Assembly: GCA_036676495.1 (NCBI GenBank)
Contig: JAKFCT010000091.1
Coordinates: forward strand, 34,897-98,896
DNA: 64,000 bases
Direction: 5' to 3'
Origin: Candidatus Sericytochromatia bacterium
GTDB lineage: Bacteria; Cyanobacteriota; Sericytochromatia; S15B-MN24; UBA4093
Shown: one piece after another, positions 55,880 through 64,000 of the stretch
Layout of the letters: every line of letters starts with the position of its first letter
Numbering within the stretch: the first letter of the stretch is position 1
Made by a program: the position numbers and the translations under genes
The notes under the pieces: model-generated
The model's database searches: none
What the model was told of the DNA's origin: nothing
The model's input: only the letters and a program-made list of their open reading frames with translations

Positions 55880-57829
55880 TCACGCCGCTTCCTCGCCCCG
55901 CTCCGGGGCGAGGCCTTCCCCGCTCACGTCCAGCGGCAGGGTGAACCAGAAGGTGCTGCCCCGGTGCAGCTCGCTCTCCACCCCGATCGTGCCTCCATGC
56001 GCCTCGACCAGGGCCTTGCTGATGCTCAAGCCGAGCCCCGCGCCCTTGCCCTGCTTCACCCCGCTCTCGAGCTGGCTGAAGCGCTGGAAAAGCTTGGGGA
56101 TGTCCTCGCGGGAGATCCCGATGCCCGTGTCGCTGACCTCGCAGCGGACCTCCTGCGGCGCTCCCGTGACGGGGTCGAGCACGTGCCGGGCCCTCACGGT
56201 GATCGTGCCGCCGGGGGGCGTGAACTTGAGCGCATTGCCGATCAGGTTGATCAGCACCTGCCCGACCCGCTGGGAATCCATGCGAAGGAATAGGGGAGCT
56301 TCCGGAAGGTCGACCCGCAGGCAGATGCCGCCTTCCTCGGCCTGGGGCCGCAGGCTCTCGACGATGTCGCGCATCTTCCGACCCAGATCGCCCCGGGCGA
56401 GCCGCAAGCGGAAGGTGCCGGCCTCGATCCGGGCGAAATCCAGCAGATCGTTGAGGAGGTATTCGAGCCGCCGGCTGCCGCGCTGGATCTGGTGGACGAA
56501 CTCGAGCTGGGATTCGGCCAGCGAGCCGCCGATCTCGTCCTCGAGGAACTCGGCGTAGCCCATGATCGAGGTCAGGGGCGTGCGCAGCTCGTGGGTCACC
56601 GCGTTGACGAAGTTGCTCTTGAGCCGGTCCAGCTCCTTGAGGCGTTCGTACTGGCCGCGCAGCTGATCCTCGAGCCGCGTTCGCTCGGTGATGTCGATCG
56701 CCACCCCGATCACCCGGGTCACGGCTCCGTCCTCCCCCACGATCGGGTTGAACCACTCCTCGATCATCACGTCGTCCACCTGGAGGACCTCGTGGACATG
56801 TTCTCCGGCGAGCGCGCGTCGGACGAGATCCCGGGACCTCTCCGAGGGAAAGGCCTCGCCGAGCGCTTGCCCCACCAGCTCGCCGGGGGCCAGTCCGAAG
56901 AGCTCCAGGCCCCGTCCCTCCGAGAGGATCACCGTTCCCTGGGGATCGAGCGCGAAGAGGATCAGCGGGGTGTTGGTCACCACCGTGCGCAGCAGTTGCT
57001 CGCTCCGGCTCAGGCTCGCGTTCGCCTGGGCCAGCTCTTGGGTGCGCTCCTTGACCTGGCGCTCGAGCCCGCCCGCGTACTCCTCGAGCTTGTCGGCCAT
57101 CTCGTTGAAGGTCGTGCCGAGCTGGTCGATCTCGTCCTGCGGGGCCCGCCGGACGGGGACCTCCGCGCGGGCGTCCCCCTCTCCGAACCGCTTGACGGCC
57201 AAAACGAGCTGGTTGAGGCGCGCCGTGAGCCGGAGGGTGACGGCGTAGGCCATGAGCAGGCCGGCGGCGAGGAAGCCCAGGATGATCAGCATGCTGAGGG
57301 CGCGGGCCTGGTCCACGACCTCCCAGAGGCTGGCGGTGGAGGTGCCGATCCGGATGATCCCCGCCGGCTCTCGCAGGTAGCCGCGGAGGAAGGGAAGCGA
57401 GAGGTCGTGAATCGGCTCGCCGTCCGGCAGCTTCGAGGCCTGGGCCACCGGCCCGTTCCGGGAAAGGGCGTCGAAGCCACGGCGGGTCACGGGATCGTCG
57501 AAGACCTTGCCGACCTGGGAGGGATCGCTGTGGGCGATCGCCCGGAGGCTCTCTCGATCGATGACCGCCACGTAGCGCAGGCCCGGATCCCGCTTCACCA
57601 GGGATTCCACGTAGGCCTGCACCTGGTACTTCCCGGCGAAGAGCACCTGGTTGATGCTCTGCTGGACGTTCTCGGCGTAGCGCGTCTCGAGCCTGAGGGT
57701 CTGCGCCTGCAGGGTCCGGGTGATCGCGTGGTTGAGGAAGATCCCGAGCGTCCCCAGGGTCAGGATCAGAAAGGCGAAGAGCGCGAGCGCGATCCGGGTC
57801 CGGAGCGAGACGAAGCGCGGCCCTACCAT
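55880..57829 (-). CDS. Membrane sensor histidine kinase (TM-periplasmic domain-TM-HAMP-PAS-HisKA-HATPase)
   Basis: ATG 57829; two TMs; HAMP DEIDQLGTTFNEM; THELRTPL, NLIGNALKFT, GAGLGL. Confidence 0.9.
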   Translation of the reverse strand: MVGPRFVSLRTRIALALFAFLILTLGTLGIFLNHAITRTLQAQTLRLETRYAENVQQSINQVLFAGKYQVQAYVESLVKRDPGLRYVAVIDRESLRAIAHSDPSQVGKVFDDPVTRRGFDALSRNGPVAQASKLPDGEPIHDLSLPFLRGYLREPAGIIRIGTSTASLWEVVDQARALSMLIILGFLAAGLLMAYAVTLRLTARLNQLVLAVKRFGEGDARAEVPVRRAPQDEIDQLGTTFNEMADKLEEYAGGLERQVKERTQELAQANASLSRSEQLLRTVVTNTPLILFALDPQGTVILSEGRGLELFGLAPGELVGQALGEAFPSERSRDLVRRALAGEHVHEVLQVDDVMIEEWFNPIVGEDGAVTRVIGVAIDITERTRLEDQLRGQYERLKELDRLKSNFVNAVTHELRTPLTSIMGYAEFLEDEIGGSLAESQLEFVHQIQRGSRRLEYLLNDLLDFARIEAGTFRLRLARGDLGRKMRDIVESLRPQAEEGGICLRVDLPEAPLFLRMDSQRVGQVLINLIGNALKFTPPGGTITVRARHVLDPVTGAPQEVRCEVSDTGIGISREDIPKLFQRFSQLESGVKQGKGAGLGLSISKALVEAHGGTIGVESELHRGSTFWFTLPLDVSGEGLAPERGEEAA

Positions 57830-58860
57830 GTCAGCTGGTTCCCGGGGACCCGTTCCGAGGGGGCCCATGGCTTGCGGATCGTCTCGGGGATGGCGCCTTC
57901 CCAGCCGGGGTAGGCGTCCACGTTCTCCCGGGTGATGGGAAAGACCGTGAGCAGCACCTGGCGCGGCACCTGCCGGCCTTGCAGCTTCTGGTAGGCCCGG
58001 GCCATGGTTTCGGCTCCCAGCGCTCCCATGAACTGGGCGGTGTCGATCCCGACGATCCCACCGCGGCGGATCTCGGCGATCATGCGCGGGTCGCCGTCCA
58101 CCGTCGCCATGACCACGTCCCGGCGCCCCGCGCGCTTCAGCTCCTGCATGACCGCGTGGCCTCCGCCGTCGTTGACGCAGAAGACGGCGTCGATCGTGCC
58201 GGGAGGGTGCTTGGCGAGGATCTCTCGGCCGGCCGCGCGACCGGAAACCGGTTCGACGGCCTGGTAGCGCCCGACGATCACGTAGGGGCGCTGGGCGTCG
58301 TGAAAGGCGTCGCGCAGGCCCTCCACCCGCTCGACCGTCGAGGAGACGTAGGGGAACTCGACGATGACCAGGCGAACGGGGGTCTTCCGGGCCCGGAAGC
58401 GATGGGCCAGGTACTCGCCGTCCAGGTAGCCCGCCAGCCAGTTGTTGCTGGAGACGTAGCAGGCGAGCTTGCCCTCCAGCACGTACTGGTCGTAGGCGAA
58501 GACCGGGATTCCGGCCTGGTTGGCCGCCTGGACCGGGGCCGACAGGGCGGCCGAGTCGATGGGCTGGAGGATGATGGCGTCCAGGCGCTTTCCGATGAAG
58601 CGGTGAATGGCATGGAGCTGGTTCTGGATGCCGGCTTCGCCGTCGCCTCCCACGGCGGGACGCAGGCGGACAGGGCGGCCCGCATGCTGCCGGTTGAGCC
58701 GTTCGGCCTCCCGCTCCAGGCCCTGGCGCATGGCGACCTGGCCGGGGATGGCCATGGACCAGTAGACCACTCCGATCTCGAAGGGCGCGGCGGCCCCGGC
58801 GGGTCGCGCCAGGGCGATCGCGAGCAGGAGGCATGCTATCCGGGCCCAGGAGAACATCAT
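57823..58860 (-). CDS. Periplasmic sugar-binding protein (RbsB / Peripla_BP_4 type)
   Basis: Signal peptide; DAIILQPID, AGIPVFAYD, YVSSNNWLAG, ERVEG, AVFCVND, TVDG; overlaps the kinase start. Confidence 0.88.
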   Translation of the reverse strand: MMFSWARIACLLLAIALARPAGAAAPFEIGVVYWSMAIPGQVAMRQGLEREAERLNRQHAGRPVRLRPAVGGDGEAGIQNQLHAIHRFIGKRLDAIILQPIDSAALSAPVQAANQAGIPVFAYDQYVLEGKLACYVSSNNWLAGYLDGEYLAHRFRARKTPVRLVIVEFPYVSSTVERVEGLRDAFHDAQRPYVIVGRYQAVEPVSGRAAGREILAKHPPGTIDAVFCVNDGGGHAVMQELKRAGRRDVVMATVDGDPRMIAEIRRGGIVGIDTAQFMGALGAETMARAYQKLQGRQVPRQVLLTVFPITRENVDAYPGWEGAIPETIRKPWAPSERVPGNQLTW

Positions 58861-58950
58861 GGCCGTCACCTCATCCAGATGGTCCTCATTATAGAGCGTT
58901 AAATCGGTCAACGAGGCGTTGCGGGAGGTCCCGGCCGCGCGGAGACCGGA

Positions 58951-60597
58951 TCACGCCAGGTGGACGCAGCTCACGTCCCGGAAGCCCGGCAGCTTCGCGA
59001 GCTGCGCGAGGATCGCGTCGGGGACCGCGTCGTCCACGTTCAGCACCATCAAGGCGGGGCCTTGCTTGTACTGGCGACCGAGTTGCAGGCCGAAGATATT
59101 GATGTTCGCCTGCCCCAGCAGGGTGCCCACGTGGCCGACGGCGCCCGGCATGTCCTGATGGGGGATCAGGAGCACGTAGCCGGTGGGAGGCAGGCTGAAG
59201 TTGAAGGCGTCGATCGCGACCAGGCGCGCCCCGCCGCCGGGGCCGGAGTCGCTCAGGACGGTGCCGGCCACCGTGTGGGAGCCCTGATCGCCGATCAGGG
59301 TCACGGTGAGGAGATCCGCGAAGTCCTTCACCTCGGTGGAGCGGGCCTCGCGCACTTCCAGCCCCCGCTCCTTGGCGACCAGGCTTGCGTTGACGTAGTT
59401 CACGCCTTCCGGCACCGCCTGCGAGAGGATCCCCTTCAGCACGGCCGTGGTGAGCGGTTCGACGGCCTTGCCGGCGAGACCCCCGTGGTAGAGGACCTCG
59501 ATCCGGCGGGCTGGCCCGCGCATGATCTGGGCCACGAGCGCGCCAAGCTTCTCGGCGAGCGGCAAGTAGGCCCGGACGGGCTCGATCAGCTCGGGCCGCA
59601 TCGAGGGGATGTTCACCGCGGAGCGGGCGGGCTCTCCCTGCAGCACGCAGGCAATCTGCTCGGCGACGTCGACGGCCACCTTGATCTGGGCCTCCTCGGT
59701 GGAGGCGCCCAGGTGGGGCGTGAGGATCACCCGATCTCCCAGCGCGCGCAAAGGGCTTTCGGCCTCCAACGGCTCCTGGGCGAAGACGTCCAGGGCGGCT
59801 CCGGCCACCTGGCCCGAGCGGATGGCCTCGGCGAGGGCGACCTCGTCGATGATCCCGCCGCGGGCGGCGTTGATGAGGTGGATGCCGCGCTTACACTTGG
59901 CCAGCGTCTCGCGGTTGAAGAGGCCCGCCGTCTCGGGGGTCTTGGGAACGTGGATGCTCAGGTAGTCGGAGCTGGCGAGCAGCTCGTCGAGGCCCATCAG
60001 CTCGGCGCCCATCTCGGCCGCGCGCTCGGGGGTCACGAAGGGGTCATAGGCCACGACGCGCATCCCGAGGGCGTTGGCGGCCTTGACGAGGCGCGCTCCG
60101 ATCTTGCCGAGGCCCATGACGCCGAGGACCTTCTGGTAGAGCTCCTTGCCCATGAAGGCTTCGCGCTGCCAGCGGCCGGCCTTCATGGAGGCGTCGGCCG
60201 GGGGAATGCGCCGGGAGAGGGCGAGCATGAGGGCGAGGGCGTGCTCGGAGGCGGCGATGGTGTTGCCCTCCGGGGAGTTGACCACGATGATGCCGGCCTG
60301 GGTGGCGGCGGGGACGTCGATGTTGTCGACGCCGACCCCGGCGCGGCCGATGATGCGCAGGCGCTTGCCGGCGGCGATTACCTCGCGCGTGACCTTGGTG
60401 GCCGAGCGGACCATGAGGGCGTCGTACTCGCCGATGATGGCGCGCAGCTCGTCGGGGGCGATCGCGTCGCGGGCGTCGACCTCGGCCACGGCGTCCAGCA
60501 GCGGGAGGGCGGCGGGGTCGACCCGGTCGAGGACCAGGACCTTGGCGAGGCGTTCGGTGGGACGCGTGGACGTGGCGCTCTGGGGCTGCGGGCTCAT
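58951..60597 (-). CDS. serA: D-3-phosphoglycerate dehydrogenase (with ASB and ACT domains)
   Basis: VRSATKV, GRAGVGVDNID, GLGKIG, INAARGGII, TPHLGASTEEAQ, D.PG.VG.VG..LG..NINI. Confidence 0.95.
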   Translation of the reverse strand: MSPQPQSATSTRPTERLAKVLVLDRVDPAALPLLDAVAEVDARDAIAPDELRAIIGEYDALMVRSATKVTREVIAAGKRLRIIGRAGVGVDNIDVPAATQAGIIVVNSPEGNTIAASEHALALMLALSRRIPPADASMKAGRWQREAFMGKELYQKVLGVMGLGKIGARLVKAANALGMRVVAYDPFVTPERAAEMGAELMGLDELLASSDYLSIHVPKTPETAGLFNRETLAKCKRGIHLINAARGGIIDEVALAEAIRSGQVAGAALDVFAQEPLEAESPLRALGDRVILTPHLGASTEEAQIKVAVDVAEQIACVLQGEPARSAVNIPSMRPELIEPVRAYLPLAEKLGALVAQIMRGPARRIEVLYHGGLAGKAVEPLTTAVLKGILSQAVPEGVNYVNASLVAKERGLEVREARSTEVKDFADLLTVTLIGDQGSHTVAGTVLSDSGPGGGARLVAIDAFNFSLPPTGYVLLIPHQDMPGAVGHVGTLLGQANINIFGLQLGRQYKQGPALMVLNVDDAVPDAILAQLAKLPGFRDVSCVHLA

Positions 60598-60712
60598 CTC
60601 GGTCTCCTCGTCTTTGGGGGATTCACCAGGCATTATTCCCAGAAGCAGGTCCCCCCACTCCCACGGCGAGCCGCAAGGAACGGGGGGACGGTGGCTGACA
60701 GGCGGGCGTTTC

Positions 60713-61882
60713 TTACCGGGCGATCGCCTTGGTCGGCATCAGCTCGGCCTGGGCGGCGGCCACTCCCGCTCCGGGTGTGACGTCCTCGCCCAGCGCGATC
60801 AGGGTCGCTTCCAGGGCGGCCAGCAGCCCGAGCATGTCCGCCTCGTCGTAGTAGCCGAGGTGGCCCACCCGGAAGATGTACGGGGTGAGGGGGCCCTGGC
60901 CTCCCGCCACCACGTAGCCGAAGCGGGCCTGGAGGGTCTTGCGCAGGACGGAGGGGTCCATGCCCTCGGGGGCGTAGATGCCGGTGACGGCGCGCGAGGC
61001 GTAGCGATCCTCGGTGACGACCAGCTTCAGGCCGAGGCCGCGGGCTCCGGCGCGCACCATGCGCATCAGGCGCTCATGCCGGTTGAAGATGCCGTCGAGG
61101 CCTTCCTCGCGGAGCATGCGCACGGCCACTTCCAGCCCGTAGAAGAGCGAGATCGCGGGCGTCCAGGGGGTCTGTCCCTTGGCGAGCATGTCCTTGGCCT
61201 TGCCGTAATCGAAGTAGAAGCGGGGCATCTTGGCCTGCTGGTAGGCCTCCCAGGCGCGGGGGCTGACCGAGGCGAAGGCGAGGCCCGGAGGCAGCATGAA
61301 GGCCTTCTGGGCGCCGGCGACGACCACGTCGAGATCGAGCTCGTCCACGGGCAGGGGCGAGGTGCCCATGCCGGAGACGGCGTCGACCAGGATCAGGGTG
61401 TCGGGCAGGGCGCGGCGGATCACGGGGGCGATCGCGTCGATCGGGTTGAGCAGGGCGGTGGAGGTCTCGTTATGGGTCATGAGGACCGCGCGGTAGCGCT
61501 TGCCCTCGGCGAGCTTGGCGGAGACGGCCTCGGGCGTGATGGGCTGGCCGTAGGGGACTTCCAGGACGTCCACCTCGGCGCCGTAGGTGCGGGCGATCGT
61601 GGCGAAGCGCTTGCCGAACTCGCCGGTGACCAGGGCCAGCACCGTGTCGCCGGGGCTGAGCATGTTGACGATCGCCGACTCCATGGCCCCGGTGCCGGAC
61701 GTGGTCAGGGTCAGGAGGTCGTGCTGGGTCTGATAGAGCCACTTGACGCCCTCGGTGCAGGCGTTGACGATCTGGGCGAACTCGGGGCCGCGGTGGTTGA
61801 TCATCGGCCGCGAGAGGGCCCGGAGGACCTCGTCGGGGCACGGGGTCGGCCCGGGAAGCATAACGCGCATGTGCTCAGCCAT
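60713..61882 (-). CDS. Class V PLP aminotransferase (alanine-glyoxylate / serine-pyruvate type, probably serine biosynthesis)
   Basis: LPGPTP, INHRG, SGTGAME, HNETST, VDAVS, GAQKAFMLPPGL, TPWTP, FRVGHLG; upstream of serA. Confidence 0.9.
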   Translation of the reverse strand: MAEHMRVMLPGPTPCPDEVLRALSRPMINHRGPEFAQIVNACTEGVKWLYQTQHDLLTLTTSGTGAMESAIVNMLSPGDTVLALVTGEFGKRFATIARTYGAEVDVLEVPYGQPITPEAVSAKLAEGKRYRAVLMTHNETSTALLNPIDAIAPVIRRALPDTLILVDAVSGMGTSPLPVDELDLDVVVAGAQKAFMLPPGLAFASVSPRAWEAYQQAKMPRFYFDYGKAKDMLAKGQTPWTPAISLFYGLEVAVRMLREEGLDGIFNRHERLMRMVRAGARGLGLKLVVTEDRYASRAVTGIYAPEGMDPSVLRKTLQARFGYVVAGGQGPLTPYIFRVGHLGYYDEADMLGLLAALEATLIALGEDVTPGAGVAAAQAELMPTKAIAR

Positions 61883-61973
61883 GGGAACTCCTCTCAACCC
61901 GCGCTTGGGAGGACCTCATCGTCCGGCGGGTGGCAGCAGTCGGGGGAAAAGTTCCAGCCATTCTACCATTAAA

Positions 61974-62123
61974 ATGGCGGGCACAGAGGCCCGCCCCAAT
62001 CGCACCCTGGCATGGTCTGCAGCCTCAGGCGAGCATCCCAGCCGGCACGTGTCCTGGCTGTTCCGGTGCCCCTGCCTGTAGGGCTTTAATCCTGTTTGTG
62101 GGGCGGGCCTCCGCGCCCGCCAT
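61974..62123. repeat. Inverted pair of REP-like hairpins (REPIN/MITE-like, about 150 bp)
   Basis: ATGGCGGGCACAGAGGCCCGCCCCA (61974-61998) and TGGGGCGGGCCTCCGCGCCCGCCAT (62099-62123) are near-reverse complements; each is itself a GGCGGGC-N6-GCCCGCC hairpin. Confidence 0.65.
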
Positions 62124-62199
62124 GGCTTCAATCTCTCCCAAGTGAGGCCCCCCAACCAGGACCCAGCCCCAACCCGGATGCCGTCCCGCATGGGCCCCC

Positions 62200-62235
62200 G
62201 AAAAACCAGACCCCCCGGGGTATCCCGGGGGGCTT
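62200..62235 (-). terminator. Rho-independent terminator of the rplM-rpsI transcript
   Basis: Minus strand GCCCCCCGGGATACCCCGGGGGGT followed by CTGGTTTTT. Confidence 0.75.
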
Positions 62236-62243
62236 GGGGAAGC

Positions 62244-62648
62244 TTAGCGCTTCGAGAACTGGAACCGCTTACGGGCGCGCTTGCGGCCGTACTTCTTCCG
62301 TTCCTTGGCACGGGGGTCGCGGGTCAGGAGACCCTCGCCGCGCAGCTGGCTGCGGAACTCGGGATCGAGGCGCAGGAGGGCGCGGGCGACGCCGAGGCGG
62401 ATGGCGCCGATCTGGGAGACGACGCCGCCGCCGAAGACGTTGGCGTGCACGTCGTAGTTGCCCAGGTTGTTGGTGGCGACGAAGGGCAGGTTCAGCTCCT
62501 GAGCCATCAGGGGCTCACGGCCACCGACGTAGTCGGTGAGCGAGCGCTCGTTGATGGTCACGGCGCCGGTGCCGGGCACCAGGCGGACGCGAGCGACGGC
62601 CGTCTTGCGGCGGCCGGTACCCCAGTACTGGGCGGTCTTGTTAGCCAC
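62244..62648 (-). CDS. rpsI: 30S ribosomal protein S9
   Basis: [47 protein letters not shown]; GTG start. Confidence 0.98.
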   Translation of the reverse strand: MANKTAQYWGTGRRKTAVARVRLVPGTGAVTINERSLTDYVGGREPLMAQELNLPFVATNNLGNYDVHANVFGGGVVSQIGAIRLGVARALLRLDPEFRSQLRGEGLLTRDPRAKERKKYGRKRARKRFQFSKR

Positions 62649-63090
62649 GGACGGGCTCCTTTCCGATGGTGTAGGGCTTGGGCTGCTGCGAAGCATGCGG
62701 ATGCTCGGCGCCGGCGTACACCTTCAACTTGCCGTACTGCGCGCGGCCAAGCTTGGTGTGCGGGAGCATGCCGCGGATGGCGTGCTCGAGGATCCGCTCG
62801 GGCTTGGTGGCAATCAGCTTGTTGAACGTGGTCTGGCGGAAGCCGCCGGGCCAGAAGGTGTGATGGGTGTAGGTCTTCTGCTCGGCCTTCTTGCCCGTCA
62901 CCTGGATCTTCTCGGCGTTCACGACGATCACGAAGTCGCCGCAGTCGATGGTCGGGGTGTACATGGGCTTATGCTTGCCGCGCAGCAGGGTGGCCACCTC
63001 GGTTGCGAGGCGTCCGAGGGTCTTGCCCTCGGCGTCCACCACGTACCACTGGCGCTGGATGTCGCCAGGCTTGGCGGTATAGGTCTTCAC
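62641..63090 (-). CDS. rplM: 50S ribosomal protein L13
   Basis: WYVVDA...LGRLA...LRGKHKP.YTP..DCGD, GMLP, LKVYAG..HPH..Q.P. Confidence 0.98.
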   Translation of the reverse strand: MKTYTAKPGDIQRQWYVVDAEGKTLGRLATEVATLLRGKHKPMYTPTIDCGDFVIVVNAEKIQVTGKKAEQKTYTHHTFWPGGFRQTTFNKLIATKPERILEHAIRGMLPHTKLGRAQYGKLKVYAGAEHPHASQQPKPYTIGKEPVRG

Positions 63091-63100
63091 GTTGCTCCTC

Positions 63101-63892
63101 CTAAAGGATTCGACTATCGATTTGCCAGCCGATGGGGCTGGGATACGTCACGTTGGTCAGCGTCAATCCACATGCCGGGGCCGTGAGCGCGATGGGGCCT
63201 TGCGGACCCTCCGGCGCTCGGACCATGGCCGTGAACTCCTCCGGGCTCAGCCGTCCCTTGGCGACTTCCAGCACCGATCCGACGAGCCGTCGGACCATGT
63301 GATAGAGGAAGCTCTGGGCCGTGATGGCGAAGCGAATTTCGTCGCCCTCCACCGCGGCTTCGGCCTCGGAGATCGTGCATACCGTGCTTCGGTCGTTGCT
63401 GCCCGTCGAGCAGAACTTCACGAAGTCGGCGGTGCCGGTCAACCCTCTCCAGCAGCTCAGGGCCGCCTCGAGGTGAGGCATGGCGCGCGGCTCGAGGTGA
63501 GCCGCGTGCCGTCTCAGGGGGTCCGGGGTCCGTCGGTTGATCACGACGTAGCGGTAGCTGCGCGCGATCGCCGAGAACCGGCTATGGAACTCCCCGTCGA
63601 CCTCCGCCACCGCGTTTACCGCCACGTCCGGCGGCAAGAGGGCGTTGAGCGCCCCCAGCCACCGTTCCGGAGGCAGGGTCTTCGCGGTGCGAAAGTTCAC
63701 GACCTGTCCACTCGCGTGGACTCCGGCGTCCGTGCGCCCCGCACCGGCCAGTCGGAGCGATTCCAGGGTCTCGCCGGTGATCCGGACGAGGGCCTCTTCG
63801 ATCGCTCCTTGGACCGTTCGGTCCCGGGGCTGACGCTGGAAGCCGGCGAAGTGGGTACCGTCGTAGGCGATCTGCAAGCAGATGTTCTTCAA
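63101..63892 (-). CDS. truA: tRNA pseudouridine(38-40) synthase
   Basis: [44 protein letters not shown]. Confidence 0.96.
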   Translation of the reverse strand: MKNICLQIAYDGTHFAGFQRQPRDRTVQGAIEEALVRITGETLESLRLAGAGRTDAGVHASGQVVNFRTAKTLPPERWLGALNALLPPDVAVNAVAEVDGEFHSRFSAIARSYRYVVINRRTPDPLRRHAAHLEPRAMPHLEAALSCWRGLTGTADFVKFCSTGSNDRSTVCTISEAEAAVEGDEIRFAITAQSFLYHMVRRLVGSVLEVAKGRLSPEEFTAMVRAPEGPQGPIALTAPACGLTLTNVTYPSPIGWQIDSRIL

Positions 63893-63911
63893 CGGGTCCC
63901 GCTTCTAGGGG

Positions 63912-64000
63912 CTACGCCTCCACCAAGCGCACGATCGCCATGGGAGCGTTGTCGCCCCCGCGCGGTGCGGTCTTGATGATCTGGGTGTAGCCACCGTTGC
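63912..64000 (-). CDS. rplQ: 50S ribosomal protein L17 (3' end only)
   Basis: NGGYTQIIKTAPRGGDNAPMAIVRLVEA*; precedes truA. Confidence 0.92.
   Translation of the reverse strand, partial: NGGYTQIIKTAPRGGDNAPMAIVRLVEA

Noticed and set aside
55880-58834. 984-aa kinase ORF
   Set aside because: The upstream part is an Arg/Pro-rich alternative frame of the binding-protein gene; the kinase starts at 57829.
61883-62200. Glycine, ZTP or other riboswitch upstream of the aminotransferase-serA operon
   Set aside because: Core conserved motifs not found; the visible structure is explained by REP-like repeats.

Overview
A high-GC (roughly 65-70% by eye) bacterial chromosomal segment with no rRNA, tRNA, CRISPR-cas, integrase or transposase genes. 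It has Terrabacteria-type gene orders (cysS-mrnC-rlmB; rplQ-truA-rplM-rpsI) together with outer-membrane machinery (PilQ secretin, ExbBD-TonB-TBDR). That fits a diderm Terrabacterium, most plausibly a non-photosynthetic cyanobacterial relative such as Sericytochromatia (inference). Housekeeping content: fadI/fadJ, a pilH/I/G-like ABC module plus pilD-pilMNOPQ, cysS/mrnC/rlmB, serA plus a class V aminotransferase, and ribosomal genes. Main items of interest: (1) a three-gene secreted-protein cluster (5172-11024) with two paralogs whose C-terminal domain resembles the FrpC self-processing module but has Ser-Pro in place of the scissile Asp-Pro, plus a 913-aa repeat/coiled-coil protein and a relic of a further paralog end; (2) a shared promoter layout, CAAGCTTAA-N30-G[CG]CGATAAG (sigma28-like -10 plus 11-bp-period direct repeats), ahead of two hydrolases lacking signal peptides and, in looser form, triplicated ahead of the pilus operon; (3) four orphan histidine kinases with similar transmitter domains, one lacking the phosphoacceptor His; (4) c-di-GMP modules (stand-alone MshEN, HD-GYP-PilZ); (5) a peroxiredoxin-NifU fusion; (6) several intergenic repeat families. 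All domain calls come from motif recognition by eye, not database searches.
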